Source of the DNA: an uncultured Acidobacteriota bacterium
Lineage (GTDB): Bacteria > Acidobacteriota > Thermoanaerobaculia > Multivoradales > SZUA-115
DNA: 64,000 nt
Assembly (NCBI GenBank): GCA_963805975.1
Contig: CAWDVR010000003.1
Location: 416,001-480,000 of the forward strand
Direction of reading: 5' to 3'
This document shows, piece after piece, positions 10,236 through 19,734 of the stretch (the first letter of the stretch is position 1; every line of letters starts with the position of its first letter). The notes below the pieces were generated by a model that was not told where the DNA came from, ran no database searches, and saw nothing but the letters and a program-made list of their open reading frames with translations. A program made the translations under genes and the position numbers.

Positions 10236-11759
10236 TCAAAACGCGATCCCCAACCCCTCGTGGGCCGCCGCCGCGTCGAGCAGGCCGTGCCCCGTGGCGT
10301 CGTCCCGGCCCTGCCCCTGGAGGTTGCGGGCGGTGTCCACGAGCAGCGAACGGATGATCTCCGGGTCGTCGACCCCGAGCGCCACGAGCAGAGCGGCCGT
10401 GCCCGCCACCTGCGGCGCCGCGAACGAGGTGCCGGTGGCCCAGAACGAGGCGTAGACCGTCTGGCCGCTCACCGGGTCGAAGAGGAAGCTCGGCGCGAGA
10501 GCGGCGTCGCGTCGCTCGCCATCGACGAACCGCCGCGGGTCCTCGCCGGCCGGCGCCATCAGGTCGAGACCGGGACCGAAGTTCGAGTAGCTGGCCCGGC
10601 CGTCCGCGAAGCTCGTGGCCCCTACCGCGATCACCTGCGGGTAGCGGGCGGGGAAGGAGACGTCGCCCTGCGCGCCGGGCCCGGCGGCCTCGTTGCCGGT
10701 CGCGGCCACGATCACCACGCCGGCGCGGTGGGCGCGCTCGATCGCCAGCCGCATGACCTCCGAGCCCTGAGGACCGCCGAGGCTCAGGTTGACGACCCTG
10801 GCACCGCGCGCCACGGCGAAGTCGAGACCGTCCGCCACGTCGGAGAAGAAGGCGAAGTTGAAGTCGTTGATCACCCGCACGGGCAGGATGGTGGCGCGCG
10901 GTGCGATGCCGGCACCCGCGATGCCGTTGTTGGCGGCGGCGGCGATCTGGGCGGCGATGAAGGTGCCGTGGCCGAAGCGCGGCGAGCCGGGCTCGCCGTC
11001 GCCCACGCCGCGGTCGAAGGGCACGCCCCCGGTGACCACGTCGAGCCCCGGCAGGAAGCGCGTGGCACTGAGGTCCAGGCCGCGCCGGGCCGGAAAGCTG
11101 GCACCCTCGCCGGAGGCGACACCGCTGTCGATCACCGCCACGATCACGCCCTCTCCGCCCGTCGTGTTGAGATCGAGGGCCCGCGGCAGCCGGGTGCGAT
11201 CGAACCACCACTGCAAACGGATCTGCGGGTCGCTCGGCGTGGCCTTGGCGACCGCGTTCAGGAGCGGCCAGGCCACCGGATCGGGCTCGGCCGAGAGCAC
11301 GCCGGGCAGGCCGGCGAGGCGCCGGGCGAGGCCCTGCGGCGTGTCGCTCTCGCGCACCCCCACGCGGGCGAAGGCGCCCGAGTGGGCGAGCTTGAAGCTG
11401 GTGCCGCCGCCGGCAGCGGCGATCTGGCGGCGCTGCCAGAGGGGCAGCTCGCTCGCGAAGCGGACCACGATGTGGCCGGGGGCCACCGCCGGCAGCCGGG
11501 CCCGGCCGAGCCGAGCGAGGACCGCGGTCACCGGGCGTGGAAGGGGCCCCGGCTCGCCGGGGCCGTCCGCGGGTGGCGAGGCGTGCGGGCCCTGGGCCGG
11601 AAACGGGCGCTCCGGGAAGTCGTCGCCCGGAGGGTCGTCCCAGGGCGGGCGGGCACCGCTGCCGCCAGCGGCCAGCATCGCGGCCAGCAAGGCGGAGGCG
11701 ACCAGCCCCCGGCGCACTCTCATCCACATCGAGGGCGTCCAGATCACGGGCGTCCACAT
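10236..11759 (-). CDS. secreted S8 subtilisin-family serine protease
   Basis: VAVIDSG, GHGT and GTSFAAP catalytic motifs, ATGN oxyanion motif, signal peptide and prodomain. Start uncertain (11723-11834). Confidence 0.92.
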   Translation of the reverse strand: MWTPVIWTPSMWMRVRRGLVASALLAAMLAAGGSGARPPWDDPPGDDFPERPFPAQGPHASPPADGPGEPGPLPRPVTAVLARLGRARLPAVAPGHIVVRFASELPLWQRRQIAAAGGGTSFKLAHSGAFARVGVRESDTPQGLARRLAGLPGVLSAEPDPVAWPLLNAVAKATPSDPQIRLQWWFDRTRLPRALDLNTTGGEGVIVAVIDSGVASGEGASFPARRGLDLSATRFLPGLDVVTGGVPFDRGVGDGEPGSPRFGHGTFIAAQIAAAANNGIAGAGIAPRATILPVRVINDFNFAFFSDVADGLDFAVARGARVVNLSLGGPQGSEVMRLAIERAHRAGVVIVAATGNEAAGPGAQGDVSFPARYPQVIAVGATSFADGRASYSNFGPGLDLMAPAGEDPRRFVDGERRDAALAPSFLFDPVSGQTVYASFWATGTSFAAPQVAGTAALLVALGVDDPEIIRSLLVDTARNLQGQGRDDATGHGLLDAAAAHEGLGIAF

Positions 11760-11871
11760 CGCGGGGTCCCCCTGTTGCGAGCTTGGCTCGGTATATGCTC
11801 CGCGGCGTTTCTCAGAGGCTATGGATACCGCCACCGGATCGTTGGTTTAGGTCGAGGCTCTCGCCCTTGCC

Positions 11872-12708
11872 ATGAACCCTATCTCGTTTCTGGCGCAAGT
11901 CGGGGCCCTGGTGGCGGGCATCGGCACCGCCCTCCTCCTCGACCGCGCGATGGCGCGCCGCGGCCTGGTACCGCCGGGCTTCGCCAGCCCCTTGCGGCGG
12001 GCCCTGGCGGCCTGCCTGATGGCGGCGTTCTTCTATTTCGCGATCTTCCTGCCGATCACCGCCTACGGGCAGTCCCAGCCCTCCGACATCGCCGAGCAGC
12101 CCATCCCGTTGCTCTTCACCATGCAGGCGCTCCTCGCCGGCGTGGTCGGCACCTGGTACCTGCTGGGCTTCGCGGCCCGGCGGCCGGCCGACCCGGCGCA
12201 GCGCTTCCGCGTGCAGTTCGGGCTGGTGACGTCCCGGCCGCTCGAAGAGCTCTTCCTCGGCCTGGTGGCCGGGGGTGCGGGCTGGCTGGGGCTCATCGCC
12301 GTGATGCTCGTGGTGGTGGGGCTGTTCGTGCTCTTCGGCGGCCAGGACGCCCTGCCCCAACAGGCCCCCGAGCTGATCGCCTGGATCGCCGCCCTGCCCA
12401 TTGCCGTGCGCGTGGCGCTGTCGCTCGCGGCGGGCTTTTTCGAGGAGCTCTTCTTTCGCGGCTTCCTCCAGCCGCGAGCCGGCATCGCCTTCTCGACCGT
12501 CCTCTTCGTGTTCGCCCATGCGAGCTACGAGCAACCCTTCATGCTCGTCGGCCTGACCTTCCTCTCGCTGGTCCTGGCGTTCCTCGTGCGCTGGCGCCAG
12601 ACCATCTGGCCGGCGGTGGTGGCGCACGCCGCCTTCGACCTCTTCCAGCTCCTGGTCATCATTCCGACGGTGCTCGACCTGGTGCCGACGGCCGGCCCCG
12701 GCAAGTAG
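11872..12708 (+). CDS. CPBP-family (CAAX/Rce1-like) intramembrane glutamic protease
   Basis: EELFFRG, FVFAH and AHAAFD motifs; multiple TM segments. Confidence 0.9.
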   Translation: MNPISFLAQVGALVAGIGTALLLDRAMARRGLVPPGFASPLRRALAACLMAAFFYFAIFLPITAYGQSQPSDIAEQPIPLLFTMQALLAGVVGTWYLLGFAARRPADPAQRFRVQFGLVTSRPLEELFLGLVAGGAGWLGLIAVMLVVVGLFVLFGGQDALPQQAPELIAWIAALPIAVRVALSLAAGFFEELFFRGFLQPRAGIAFSTVLFVFAHASYEQPFMLVGLTFLSLVLAFLVRWRQTIWPAVVAHAAFDLFQLLVIIPTVLDLVPTAGPGK

Positions 12709-12767
12709 CCCGCGCCGGCCGGGAAGCGCTTCAGTGTTCTGCTAGACTCGCTGGCCGGGAAGAGCGC

Positions 12768-13253
12768 ATGGAGCCGCACCAACTCCTCTTCCACCTCGCG
12801 ATCGACAGTCGCTTCGAGAGCATCGAGGTGGTGCAAGTAGTGCTCTCCGACGTGCTGGAGAGGTTCGGGGTCGGCGACGACAGCCGCCACTGGATCGACA
12901 TCGCCGTGCGCGAAGCGGTCGCCAACGCCATCAAGCACGGCAACCGCGAGGATCCGGCCAAGAAGGTGGAGGTGGATCTGTTGCTCGAGGCGGGAGACCT
13001 GGTGGTCCGGGTCATGGACCGCGGCGCGGGCTTCGACCCGTCCTCGACCGACGATCCGCTCGCTCCCGACAACCTTCACAAGACGAGTGGCCGCGGCCTC
13101 TTCTTCATGCGCAAGTTCATGGACGGCGTCGACTACACGCCGCGCCCGGGCGGGGGCATGGTGGTGACCCTGCGAAAGAAAGGCCCTTTCTCGCTACTCA
13201 ACCTTCGTTCCAAGTCCGAACAGTCTGAACATGGGGAGGAAAGAGCGGTATGA
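12768..13253 (+). CDS. anti-sigma factor Ser kinase (RsbW-like, HATPase_c)
   Basis: EAVANAIKHG, DRGAGFD and SGRGLFFM motifs. Real start is ATG 12768, inside the long track ORF. Confidence 0.9.
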   Translation: MEPHQLLFHLAIDSRFESIEVVQVVLSDVLERFGVGDDSRHWIDIAVREAVANAIKHGNREDPAKKVEVDLLLEAGDLVVRVMDRGAGFDPSSTDDPLAPDNLHKTSGRGLFFMRKFMDGVDYTPRPGGGMVVTLRKKGPFSLLNLRSKSEQSEHGEERAV

Positions 13254-13585
13254 AGATCAACGTGCGGCAGAACGGCGGCGTCACCATCCTGGACCTCTCG
13301 GGCAGGGTCACCATCGGCGAGGGCGACATGCAACTGCGCGAGGCAGTGCAGGAGCAGCTTGCGAACGGCAACATGAAGCTGCTCCTCAATCTCGCCGCCG
13401 TCACCACCATGGATTCCTCGGGCGTGGGCGAGCTGGTCTCGAGCTACACCAGGACCACCAATCGCGGCGGCAAGCTCAAGCTCCTCAATCCTCCCCAGAA
13501 GATCGGCGACATCCTCTCCATCACCCAGCTCATCACCATCTTCGAGGTCTTCGACAACGAGGAAGAGGCCGTCGCCTCGTTCTGA
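13250..13585 (+). CDS. STAS-domain anti-anti-sigma factor (RsbV-like)
   Basis: MDSSGVGELV phospho-Ser motif; ATGA overlap with the kinase gene. Confidence 0.93.
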   Translation: MKINVRQNGGVTILDLSGRVTIGEGDMQLREAVQEQLANGNMKLLLNLAAVTTMDSSGVGELVSSYTRTTNRGGKLKLLNPPQKIGDILSITQLITIFEVFDNEEEAVASF

Positions 13586-13665
13586 CCGGCAGCTTCCCTG
13601 CGCGCCGAGCCCGGCAGCCCCACGAAGGCTGCCTAGCCGAACCATGGGGCGACCGAGGGTCGCCC

Positions 13666-14364
13666 TCAGCTTTCCCCAACGCCCAGCTCCCGCTTCAGCT
13701 CCGCCAGCTCCCGCCGTAGCGCGGCCACTTCAGTCTCCAGGCGCTCGACGCGCTCGGTGAGGTCGACCGTGGCCACGGCGGGCTGGGAGCGGGGGCGCTC
13801 GGTCAGCGGAGCTGCCGGCGGCGAGCCCACGGGACGAACCGGGCTCGCGGCAGGCTCGGCCGCTTCTTCCTCGGCCCCCACGACCTGGGTCCATCGTGCC
13901 TCGCGCTGGCCGGGGCGGCGCGGCTGCTCGCGCACCAGCGGGTGATCGCCCTGGGCCATCCGGACCAGGACATTCTCCACGTCCTGGACGCTCTCGAAGC
14001 TGCGCATGCGCTCGGCACGGATGCGCAGCTCGGCCGAGGTCTGCGGCCCGCGGAGCAGCAGCAGTGTCATCACCGCCTTGGCCGGCTTGTCGAGCGACCA
14101 GCGGCGCTCGAGCAGATGCTCCCAGCGCTCGCTCCGCGCGCCTTCGCTGCGCCAGGCGAGGGCCTCGTGGCGCAGGGCGTCGATAGCCTCCACCACCTCG
14201 GTCTCGGAGAGCTCCAGCACCGGCTCGCGGTTGCTCTTCTGGTTGCAGGCGGCGAGCAGCGCGTTGACGGTCAGCGGATACTGGTCCGGCGTGGTCTGCT
14301 CCTTTTCGAGCAGGCTGCCGAGGACGCGGAGCTCGTTTGCGGTCAGCTTGCGGTGCAGGGGCAT
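13666..14364 (-). CDS. YceH/DUF480 family protein
   Basis: RVLGSLLEKEQTTPDQYPLTVNAL..ACNQKSNREPV and LLLRGPQT motifs. Confidence 0.92.
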   Translation of the reverse strand: MPLHRKLTANELRVLGSLLEKEQTTPDQYPLTVNALLAACNQKSNREPVLELSETEVVEAIDALRHEALAWRSEGARSERWEHLLERRWSLDKPAKAVMTLLLLRGPQTSAELRIRAERMRSFESVQDVENVLVRMAQGDHPLVREQPRRPGQREARWTQVVGAEEEAAEPAASPVRPVGSPPAAPLTERPRSQPAVATVDLTERVERLETEVAALRRELAELKRELGVGES

Positions 14365-14424
14365 GGGCGGATGTTAGCCCGCCGGCGATAGGATCGCGCC
14401 CTCGAAGTTGGCCAAGGAGCCCTG

Positions 14425-15101
14425 ATGGATCGACGCAAAGCCCTGATCGCCGGTGCCGGCGGCTTGGTGGGCGGCCACTGCCTGGAGCGGCTGCTGGCCG
14501 AGGATGGCTATGCCGGCGTCGTCTCGCTCGGCCGGCGGACCCTCTCCCGGGGGCACCCCAAGCTCGCGGAGCGAGTCGTGGACTTCCGCCGCCTGGCCGA
14601 GGTCGAGGATCTCCCGGCGGTGGACGACGTGTTCTGCTGCCTGGGGACCACGATCCGGCAGGCGGGCTCGCGCGAGGCCTTTCGGGGAGTGGACTTCACC
14701 TACGTGCTGGAGCTCGCCCGCCTGTCGCTCGCCGCGGGCGCCCGGCAGTTCCTGGTGGTCACCTCGATGGGCGCCGACCCCGGCTCGCGCATCTTCTACA
14801 GCCGCGTCAAGGGCGAGGTCGAGCGCGCCCTGCGCCAGCTTCCGTTCGAGGCGCTGCAGATCTTCCGGCCCTCGCTCCTCCTAGGCCAGCGGGCCGAGAG
14901 CCGTCCCGGCGAGAAGCTGGCCACTGCGGCGATGAGCGTCATCTCCTGGCTCCTTCTGGGTCCGTTGCGCCGATACCGGCCGATCGCCGGGCAGACCCTG
15001 GCACGGGCCATGTTGCGCGTGGCTCTCGAGGCGCCGGCCGGCTCCACGTCTACGAGTCGGACCGCATCGCGGAGCTGGCGCGGGGCCGCGGCGAGCCGTA
15101 G
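14425..15101 (+). CDS. NAD(P)-binding atypical SDR oxidoreductase (YraR/TIP30-like), frameshifted near 15042
   Basis: GAGGLVG, CCLGTT, YSRVKGEVE and RPSLLLG motifs. The family-like ending HVYESDRI is in another frame, which stops at 15101. Confidence 0.82.
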
Positions 15102-15105
15102 CGGC

Positions 15106-15606
15106 TCAGCCTGCGGCCAGCCGCTTGATCAGGCTCATCTGCCCCGCGTGGTAGAGATCGTGCGAGGCGGCGCCCATCACCAGCTCACGGACCGGGTACT
15201 TGCTGCCGGCAGGGGTGCGGTCGAGGTCGGCATCGGAGAGCGCGGCCACGGTGTCTCGTAGCTCGCGATGGCAGCGAGCCAAGAGCGCCAGCGCCGCCTT
15301 CCACTCCGCTTCCGACGTGCTCTCGGGTGGCGCGAACCAGTTGCTGCCAGCAAGCGGAAAAGCACCCCTGCCGCCGTCCGTCAACTGGCGGCGGACGGCG
15401 TATTTCCAGTAGGCGGCGTGTAGGGCGAGCTCCCAGATCGTGTGCCGGCCCGGCCCCGGCCGGAAGTCGGCCATTTCCGCCGTCACGCCGCGCAGAGCGC
15501 CCTTGAGCGTCGGCCCATGCCAGGCTTTGTGGTCGAACGCCTGGTCGAGGAGGCGTAGGAGAAGGGTCACGCGAGGGCTGCTGGCTTGGGTGCTGTTCCC
15601 GGACAT
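15106..15606 (-). CDS. DinB-family protein
   Basis: AWHGP, HTIWELALH and HDLYHAGQ motifs. Confidence 0.88.
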   Translation of the reverse strand: MSGNSTQASSPRVTLLLRLLDQAFDHKAWHGPTLKGALRGVTAEMADFRPGPGRHTIWELALHAAYWKYAVRRQLTDGGRGAFPLAGSNWFAPPESTSEAEWKAALALLARCHRELRDTVAALSDADLDRTPAGSKYPVRELVMGAASHDLYHAGQMSLIKRLAAG

Positions 15607-15660
15607 CGAGTTTCCTTCAGCAGAGGGCGCACGCCGTGCGCCCTCTGACTCCCGACGATC

Positions 15661-16638
15661 TCACGGCGCCAGCACCTGCCCGGTCTCGCGGTCGAAGCGC
15701 CACAGGTTGCCCGGGATCAGGTGGACGCCGCCCAGCCAGCGGTCGATGGGATGGATCTCGAGCCAGTCCTGCTCGCCGGCCAGCACCTCGCGGCCGAGCG
15801 CGGTGAGGCGGACGCGAGCCGCCCAGAACCCCTCGGCCTCGGCTTCGCTGCGCGGCGCCCGCAGCGGCGTTCCGTCCTCGAAGAGGAGCAGCGCCGGTGG
15901 CCCCACGCTCATCCGTTCGAGATACGAGGCGAACACCGTGTCGCCGAGGAAGATGCGTTCCTCGCCCTCGTGGTGGGCCTGCCGGAAGGCCTCACCGAGC
16001 GTTGCCGCGCCCGCCGAGATGGCCGCCAGCGCCTGCTGTTCGGAGCGCGACAAGCCGTCGGCCGTGGACGGGAACTCCTCCAACTGACGGCGCAGAGCGT
16101 CGGCCAGGAAGGGCAGGAGGTGAGTGTCTTCGTCCAGCAGCGGCGGGATGGCCATCGGCTCGGGCGCGCGGAACGCGGCCCAGGCGCGACAGGCGAGCGC
16201 CAGATGCGCCGGCGACGCCTGGTGGCGAAGGGCGAAGAGGCCGGGGTAGTGCTCTACCGGGATACGGCCCAGGTAGTCCTCCACCTTCACCAGAAACGTC
16301 TTCGCCGGCCGGGCGCCGCGCTCGGCCAGCGCGTCGAGAACTTGCAGGAGCTGGAGCTGGTCGTAGAGGTCGTGCTCGAACCACAGCACCACCTCGTCAT
16401 GGTCGGCGAAGCGCTCGAAGCGGCTGTCGCGCTCCGCCAGCTCGGCCTCCACCTCGGAGAGCGGGGCCCAGCCCTGGGCGGCGATGAAGCGCGCCCGCAC
16501 CGCGGACAAGGCGTGCAGACCGAGCCCCTCGGGTACGGGCCCCTCGTGCAGCACGTCCCGCCAGGGCAGAACTTCGCCCGGCAGGCCGGCGTTGCGGATG
16601 CGCTCGGCGGCGATGTCGCCGTTGGTCACATGGAGCAT
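15661..16638 (-). CDS. DUF1835-like protein
   Basis: MLHVTNGD, WRDVLHEGPV, LWFEHDLYDQLQ, FLGD and RWLGGVHL motifs. Start reassigned to ATG 16638. Confidence 0.8.
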   Translation of the reverse strand: MLHVTNGDIAAERIRNAGLPGEVLPWRDVLHEGPVPEGLGLHALSAVRARFIAAQGWAPLSEVEAELAERDSRFERFADHDEVVLWFEHDLYDQLQLLQVLDALAERGARPAKTFLVKVEDYLGRIPVEHYPGLFALRHQASPAHLALACRAWAAFRAPEPMAIPPLLDEDTHLLPFLADALRRQLEEFPSTADGLSRSEQQALAAISAGAATLGEAFRQAHHEGEERIFLGDTVFASYLERMSVGPPALLLFEDGTPLRAPRSEAEAEGFWAARVRLTALGREVLAGEQDWLEIHPIDRWLGGVHLIPGNLWRFDRETGQVLAP

Positions 16639-16763
16639 CGGTGGCCGGCAGTCTATGAGCGCGGAAGGTCTGCGACAAGCTCGGAAAAGCGTCCACATAC
16701 TCCGGCTCGACGAAGAGGGGTCGTTTGCTACACTGCCGCCTGTGCCAAGAGGGGGGCCCTTCG

Positions 16764-16970
16764 ATGAGATTCCAGATCACGTTGGATCGCGACGAGGACG
16801 GTGTCTGGGTGGTCGAGTGCCCTTCGATCCCCGGCTGCGTGAGCCAGGGTACGACTCGCGAGGAAGCCCTCGAAAGCATCAAGGAAGCGATCGCCCTCTG
16901 TCTCGAGGTGCGGGCCGAGCGAGGTCTTCCACTGACGGTCGAAACCCAGCAGGTCGAGGTCTTGGTCTAA
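16764..16970 (+). CDS. hicB: HicB-family antitoxin (short form, no DNA-binding domain)
   Basis: DEDGVWVVECPSIPGCVSQGTTREEALESIKEAI. Confidence 0.92.
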   Translation: MRFQITLDRDEDGVWVVECPSIPGCVSQGTTREEALESIKEAIALCLEVRAERGLPLTVETQQVEVLV

Positions 16971-17201
16971 GTGCCGCAGGTGCCGCGCCTCAAGGGCCGC
17001 GAGATAGTGCGCATCTTCGAATCTCTGGGCTGGATCTTGGTCCGGCAGCGTGGTAGTCACCTGATCCTCGTCCGCGAGGGTCACCTCGCGACCCTCTCGG
17101 TGCCCGATCACAAGGAGGTTGCACAGGGGACCCTCCGCAGCCTGATCAAGGCGGCAGGGCTCACGCCGGCGGAGTTCGTTGACGCCTGGAAACGGCTCTA
17201 G
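16971..17201 (+). CDS. hicA: HicA-family mRNA interferase toxin
   Basis: RQRGSH, VPDH and GTLRSLIKAAGL motifs; abuts hicB. Confidence 0.92.
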   Translation: MPQVPRLKGREIVRIFESLGWILVRQRGSHLILVREGHLATLSVPDHKEVAQGTLRSLIKAAGLTPAEFVDAWKRL

Positions 17202-17274
17202 CGTGCCGGGCTGTGGAGTAGAGGCGAGCCATGATGCGTGATGCTCTCGCGGCTCGTACCAGCCGCGGCGCCGC

Positions 17275-19725
17275 TCACTCTGCCCGGAGCGCCGCCTGCG
17301 GGTCCGTGGCCAGGGCGCGGCGGGCGGGGAGCCAGGCCGCGGCCACGGCGGTGGCGGCGAGGAGCACCACGGCGGCGAGGAAGGCCGCGAGGTCGGTGGC
17401 TTCGAGGCCGCCGATAGCCCCGGCCACGAGCGGCACGGCCGGCAGGCTCAGGAGGAGCCCAGCGCCGGCACCGAGGGCGGCCAGCCGAAGGCCGTCTCCC
17501 AGGATCAGGCGGAGGACATCGCGTGGCGTGGCGCCCAGGGCGATCCGCACCCCGAGCTCGCGGCCACGGCGTGCCACGAGCTGGGCCATCAATCCGTAGA
17601 GACCGACCGCCGCCAGCACCAGACCCAGCCCGCCGAACCCCGAGAGCAGGCCACTCACGCTGCGCTGCTTGTCGTTGCGCAGGGCGGCGAGCGCTTCGAG
17701 AGTGGTGGTCTCGAAGACCGGGAGCTGCGGATCGATCGCCGTGACGAGCTTCTTCAGCGTTGGCAGGGCACCGGCGGGATCGCCGTCCACCCGTACCAGG
17801 AGCGTGGTGCGGCCGAGCACCGAGCGTTGCGCGAGCGGCAGGTAGACGAAGGGAGGCGGGTCCTCGGTGGCCTCGTCGTAGCGCGCGTCGGCGGCCACCC
17901 CCACCACCTCCACCAGGCTGCCACCGGCGCCGTCCAGCCGCAGGCGCTGGCCCACGGCATCTTCGCCGCCGAAGAGCCTCTCGGCGGCCGTTCGGTTGAG
18001 GATCGCGACCCCCGGTTCCTGGGGCCCGTCCGCCGGGGTGAAGTCCCGGCCGGTGAGCAGCGGCAGCTCGAGGGTGCGGAAGTAGCCCGGCGCAACACCG
18101 TTGAGGAAACCGGTCATACCTTCGCGGTCCGGGTCGGCCGCGGTCTCGGTGCCGACCCAGGTGCCCACCATCATGCCGGAGAGCGGTGCCAGGTTCGCGG
18201 CGCTCGCCGAGACCACCGCCGGCAAGGCCTCGATGCGCTCCAGCGCCTCGCCGAAGAAGCCCTGGCGCTCGGCCGGGGTGTAGCCCTGGAGCTCGAGGTC
18301 GAAGGTCAGGGCCGCGACACCCTCCGGCCGGAAGCCCAGGTCGGCCGCCGCGGCCCGCCCCAGGGCTCCGAGGCAGAGTCCGGCCACCGAGAGCAGCACG
18401 AGCGAGAAGGCGAGCTGCGCCACCACCAGCGCTCTCCCGAGCCGCGAGCGCGACGCGGCACCGGCGGCCGCCAGGCTCGCCCGCGGCGCGGCGCGGGTGG
18501 CGGAGAGCGCCGGTGCCAGGCCCGCGAGCAGGGCCGAGACCACCGCGATTCCCAGGGTGAAGGCGAGGAGCCGTGGGCCGCTCGCTGGCTCGAGATCACC
18601 GACCTCGGAGGCCGGCAGCAAGGCGAGCAGGAGGTCCGCGGACCAGGTGGCGGCGAGGAGGCCCAGCGCGCCGCCCAGGACCGCGAGCAGCAGGCTCTCG
18701 CCCAGGAGCTCCCGCACCAGCCGGCCGCGCCCGGCGCCGAGGGCCAGGCGGACGCGGATCTCCTGGCCGCGGCCGAGCCCGCGCGCCAGCAGCAGATTGG
18801 CCACGTTCGAGCAGGCGATCAGCAGGACCAGGGCCGCCACTGCCGCCACCAGCCCGGCGAGCGGCAGCAGCTCGCCGCGCGCTTCGGGCGGCAGGCCGCC
18901 CAGCGCCGGCGTGAGCTGCACAGTTCGCCGCTCGTGGCTCTCCGGGTGCTCCAGCGCGATGTTCGCGGCCACGGCACCGAGGGCGGCGCGGGCCCGCTCG
19001 AGCGGGACTCCCGGAGCGAGGCGCCCCACCGACCGGAGCCACGAGGAGCCGCGCGCCGAGAGCGCCCCCGCATTGCCAGGCATCGCGGCCTCGGCCATGG
19101 CGAGCGGCACCCAGAGATCGGCGGCGCGACCGAGCTCCGGGCCGCGGAAGCCGGCCGGCGCCACGCCCACCACGGTGACGTCGTGCCGGTTGAGCACGAT
19201 CGTCCTGCCCACCACGTTCGGGTCGGCGCCGTAGCGCGTGCGCCACAGCCGGTCGGAGAGCACCACCACCGGGTGCGCACCGGGCGTCGTGTCCTCGACG
19301 GGGAGGAAAAAGCGCCCCAGCGCCGGGCGCACACCCAGCACCTCGAAGTAGTTGCCGGACGCGGCGTGACCGGAGATCCGTACCGGCTCGCCATCCCCGC
19401 CGAGGGCCCCGCTGAGAGACAGGGGCACCGCGTCGAAGGCGGCGAGGCCGCTCCACACTCCGTCGACCCCGCGGAAGTCCAGGTAGTCGGGGTAGGACAG
19501 CCCGCCCGGCCGCGCGCGGTACTGCCAGGCGGCGGAGACCCACACCAGCTCGTCGCCCGCCCGGACACCGGGGAGCGGCGAGAACAGCACCCCGGAGAGC
19601 AGCGCAAAGAGGGTCGAGTTGACCCCGATGCCGAGCGCCAGCACCAGCGCCGCGGCGGCGGTGAAGGCGGGCCGTCGGGCGAGCGAGCGCCAGGCGAAGC
19701 GGAGGTTCGACGGGGTGATGGTCAT
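17275..19725 (-). CDS. ADOP-type duplicated MacB/FtsX ABC permease
   Basis: LALGIGVN, LLIACSNVANLLLAR, VVAQLAFS and RELGVRIALGA motifs; two FtsX halves. Confidence 0.92.
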   Translation of the reverse strand: MTITPSNLRFAWRSLARRPAFTAAAALVLALGIGVNSTLFALLSGVLFSPLPGVRAGDELVWVSAAWQYRARPGGLSYPDYLDFRGVDGVWSGLAAFDAVPLSLSGALGGDGEPVRISGHAASGNYFEVLGVRPALGRFFLPVEDTTPGAHPVVVLSDRLWRTRYGADPNVVGRTIVLNRHDVTVVGVAPAGFRGPELGRAADLWVPLAMAEAAMPGNAGALSARGSSWLRSVGRLAPGVPLERARAALGAVAANIALEHPESHERRTVQLTPALGGLPPEARGELLPLAGLVAAVAALVLLIACSNVANLLLARGLGRGQEIRVRLALGAGRGRLVRELLGESLLLAVLGGALGLLAATWSADLLLALLPASEVGDLEPASGPRLLAFTLGIAVVSALLAGLAPALSATRAAPRASLAAAGAASRSRLGRALVVAQLAFSLVLLSVAGLCLGALGRAAAADLGFRPEGVAALTFDLELQGYTPAERQGFFGEALERIEALPAVVSASAANLAPLSGMMVGTWVGTETAADPDREGMTGFLNGVAPGYFRTLELPLLTGRDFTPADGPQEPGVAILNRTAAERLFGGEDAVGQRLRLDGAGGSLVEVVGVAADARYDEATEDPPPFVYLPLAQRSVLGRTTLLVRVDGDPAGALPTLKKLVTAIDPQLPVFETTTLEALAALRNDKQRSVSGLLSGFGGLGLVLAAVGLYGLMAQLVARRGRELGVRIALGATPRDVLRLILGDGLRLAALGAGAGLLLSLPAVPLVAGAIGGLEATDLAAFLAAVVLLAATAVAAAWLPARRALATDPQAALRAE

Positions 19726-19734
19726 CTCTCGCCC

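Noticed and set aside
11872-12708. Abi phage-defence role for the CPBP protein
   Set aside because: The 'Abi' label for this family is historical. The context is housekeeping, with no defence genes nearby.
15621-15647. Hairpin CAGAGGGCGCACG-C-CGTGCGCCCTCTG, and a GC hairpin at ~63740-63773
   Set aside because: Single copies with no clear U-tract. They may be degenerate REPs or terminators but are not supportable as distinct features.
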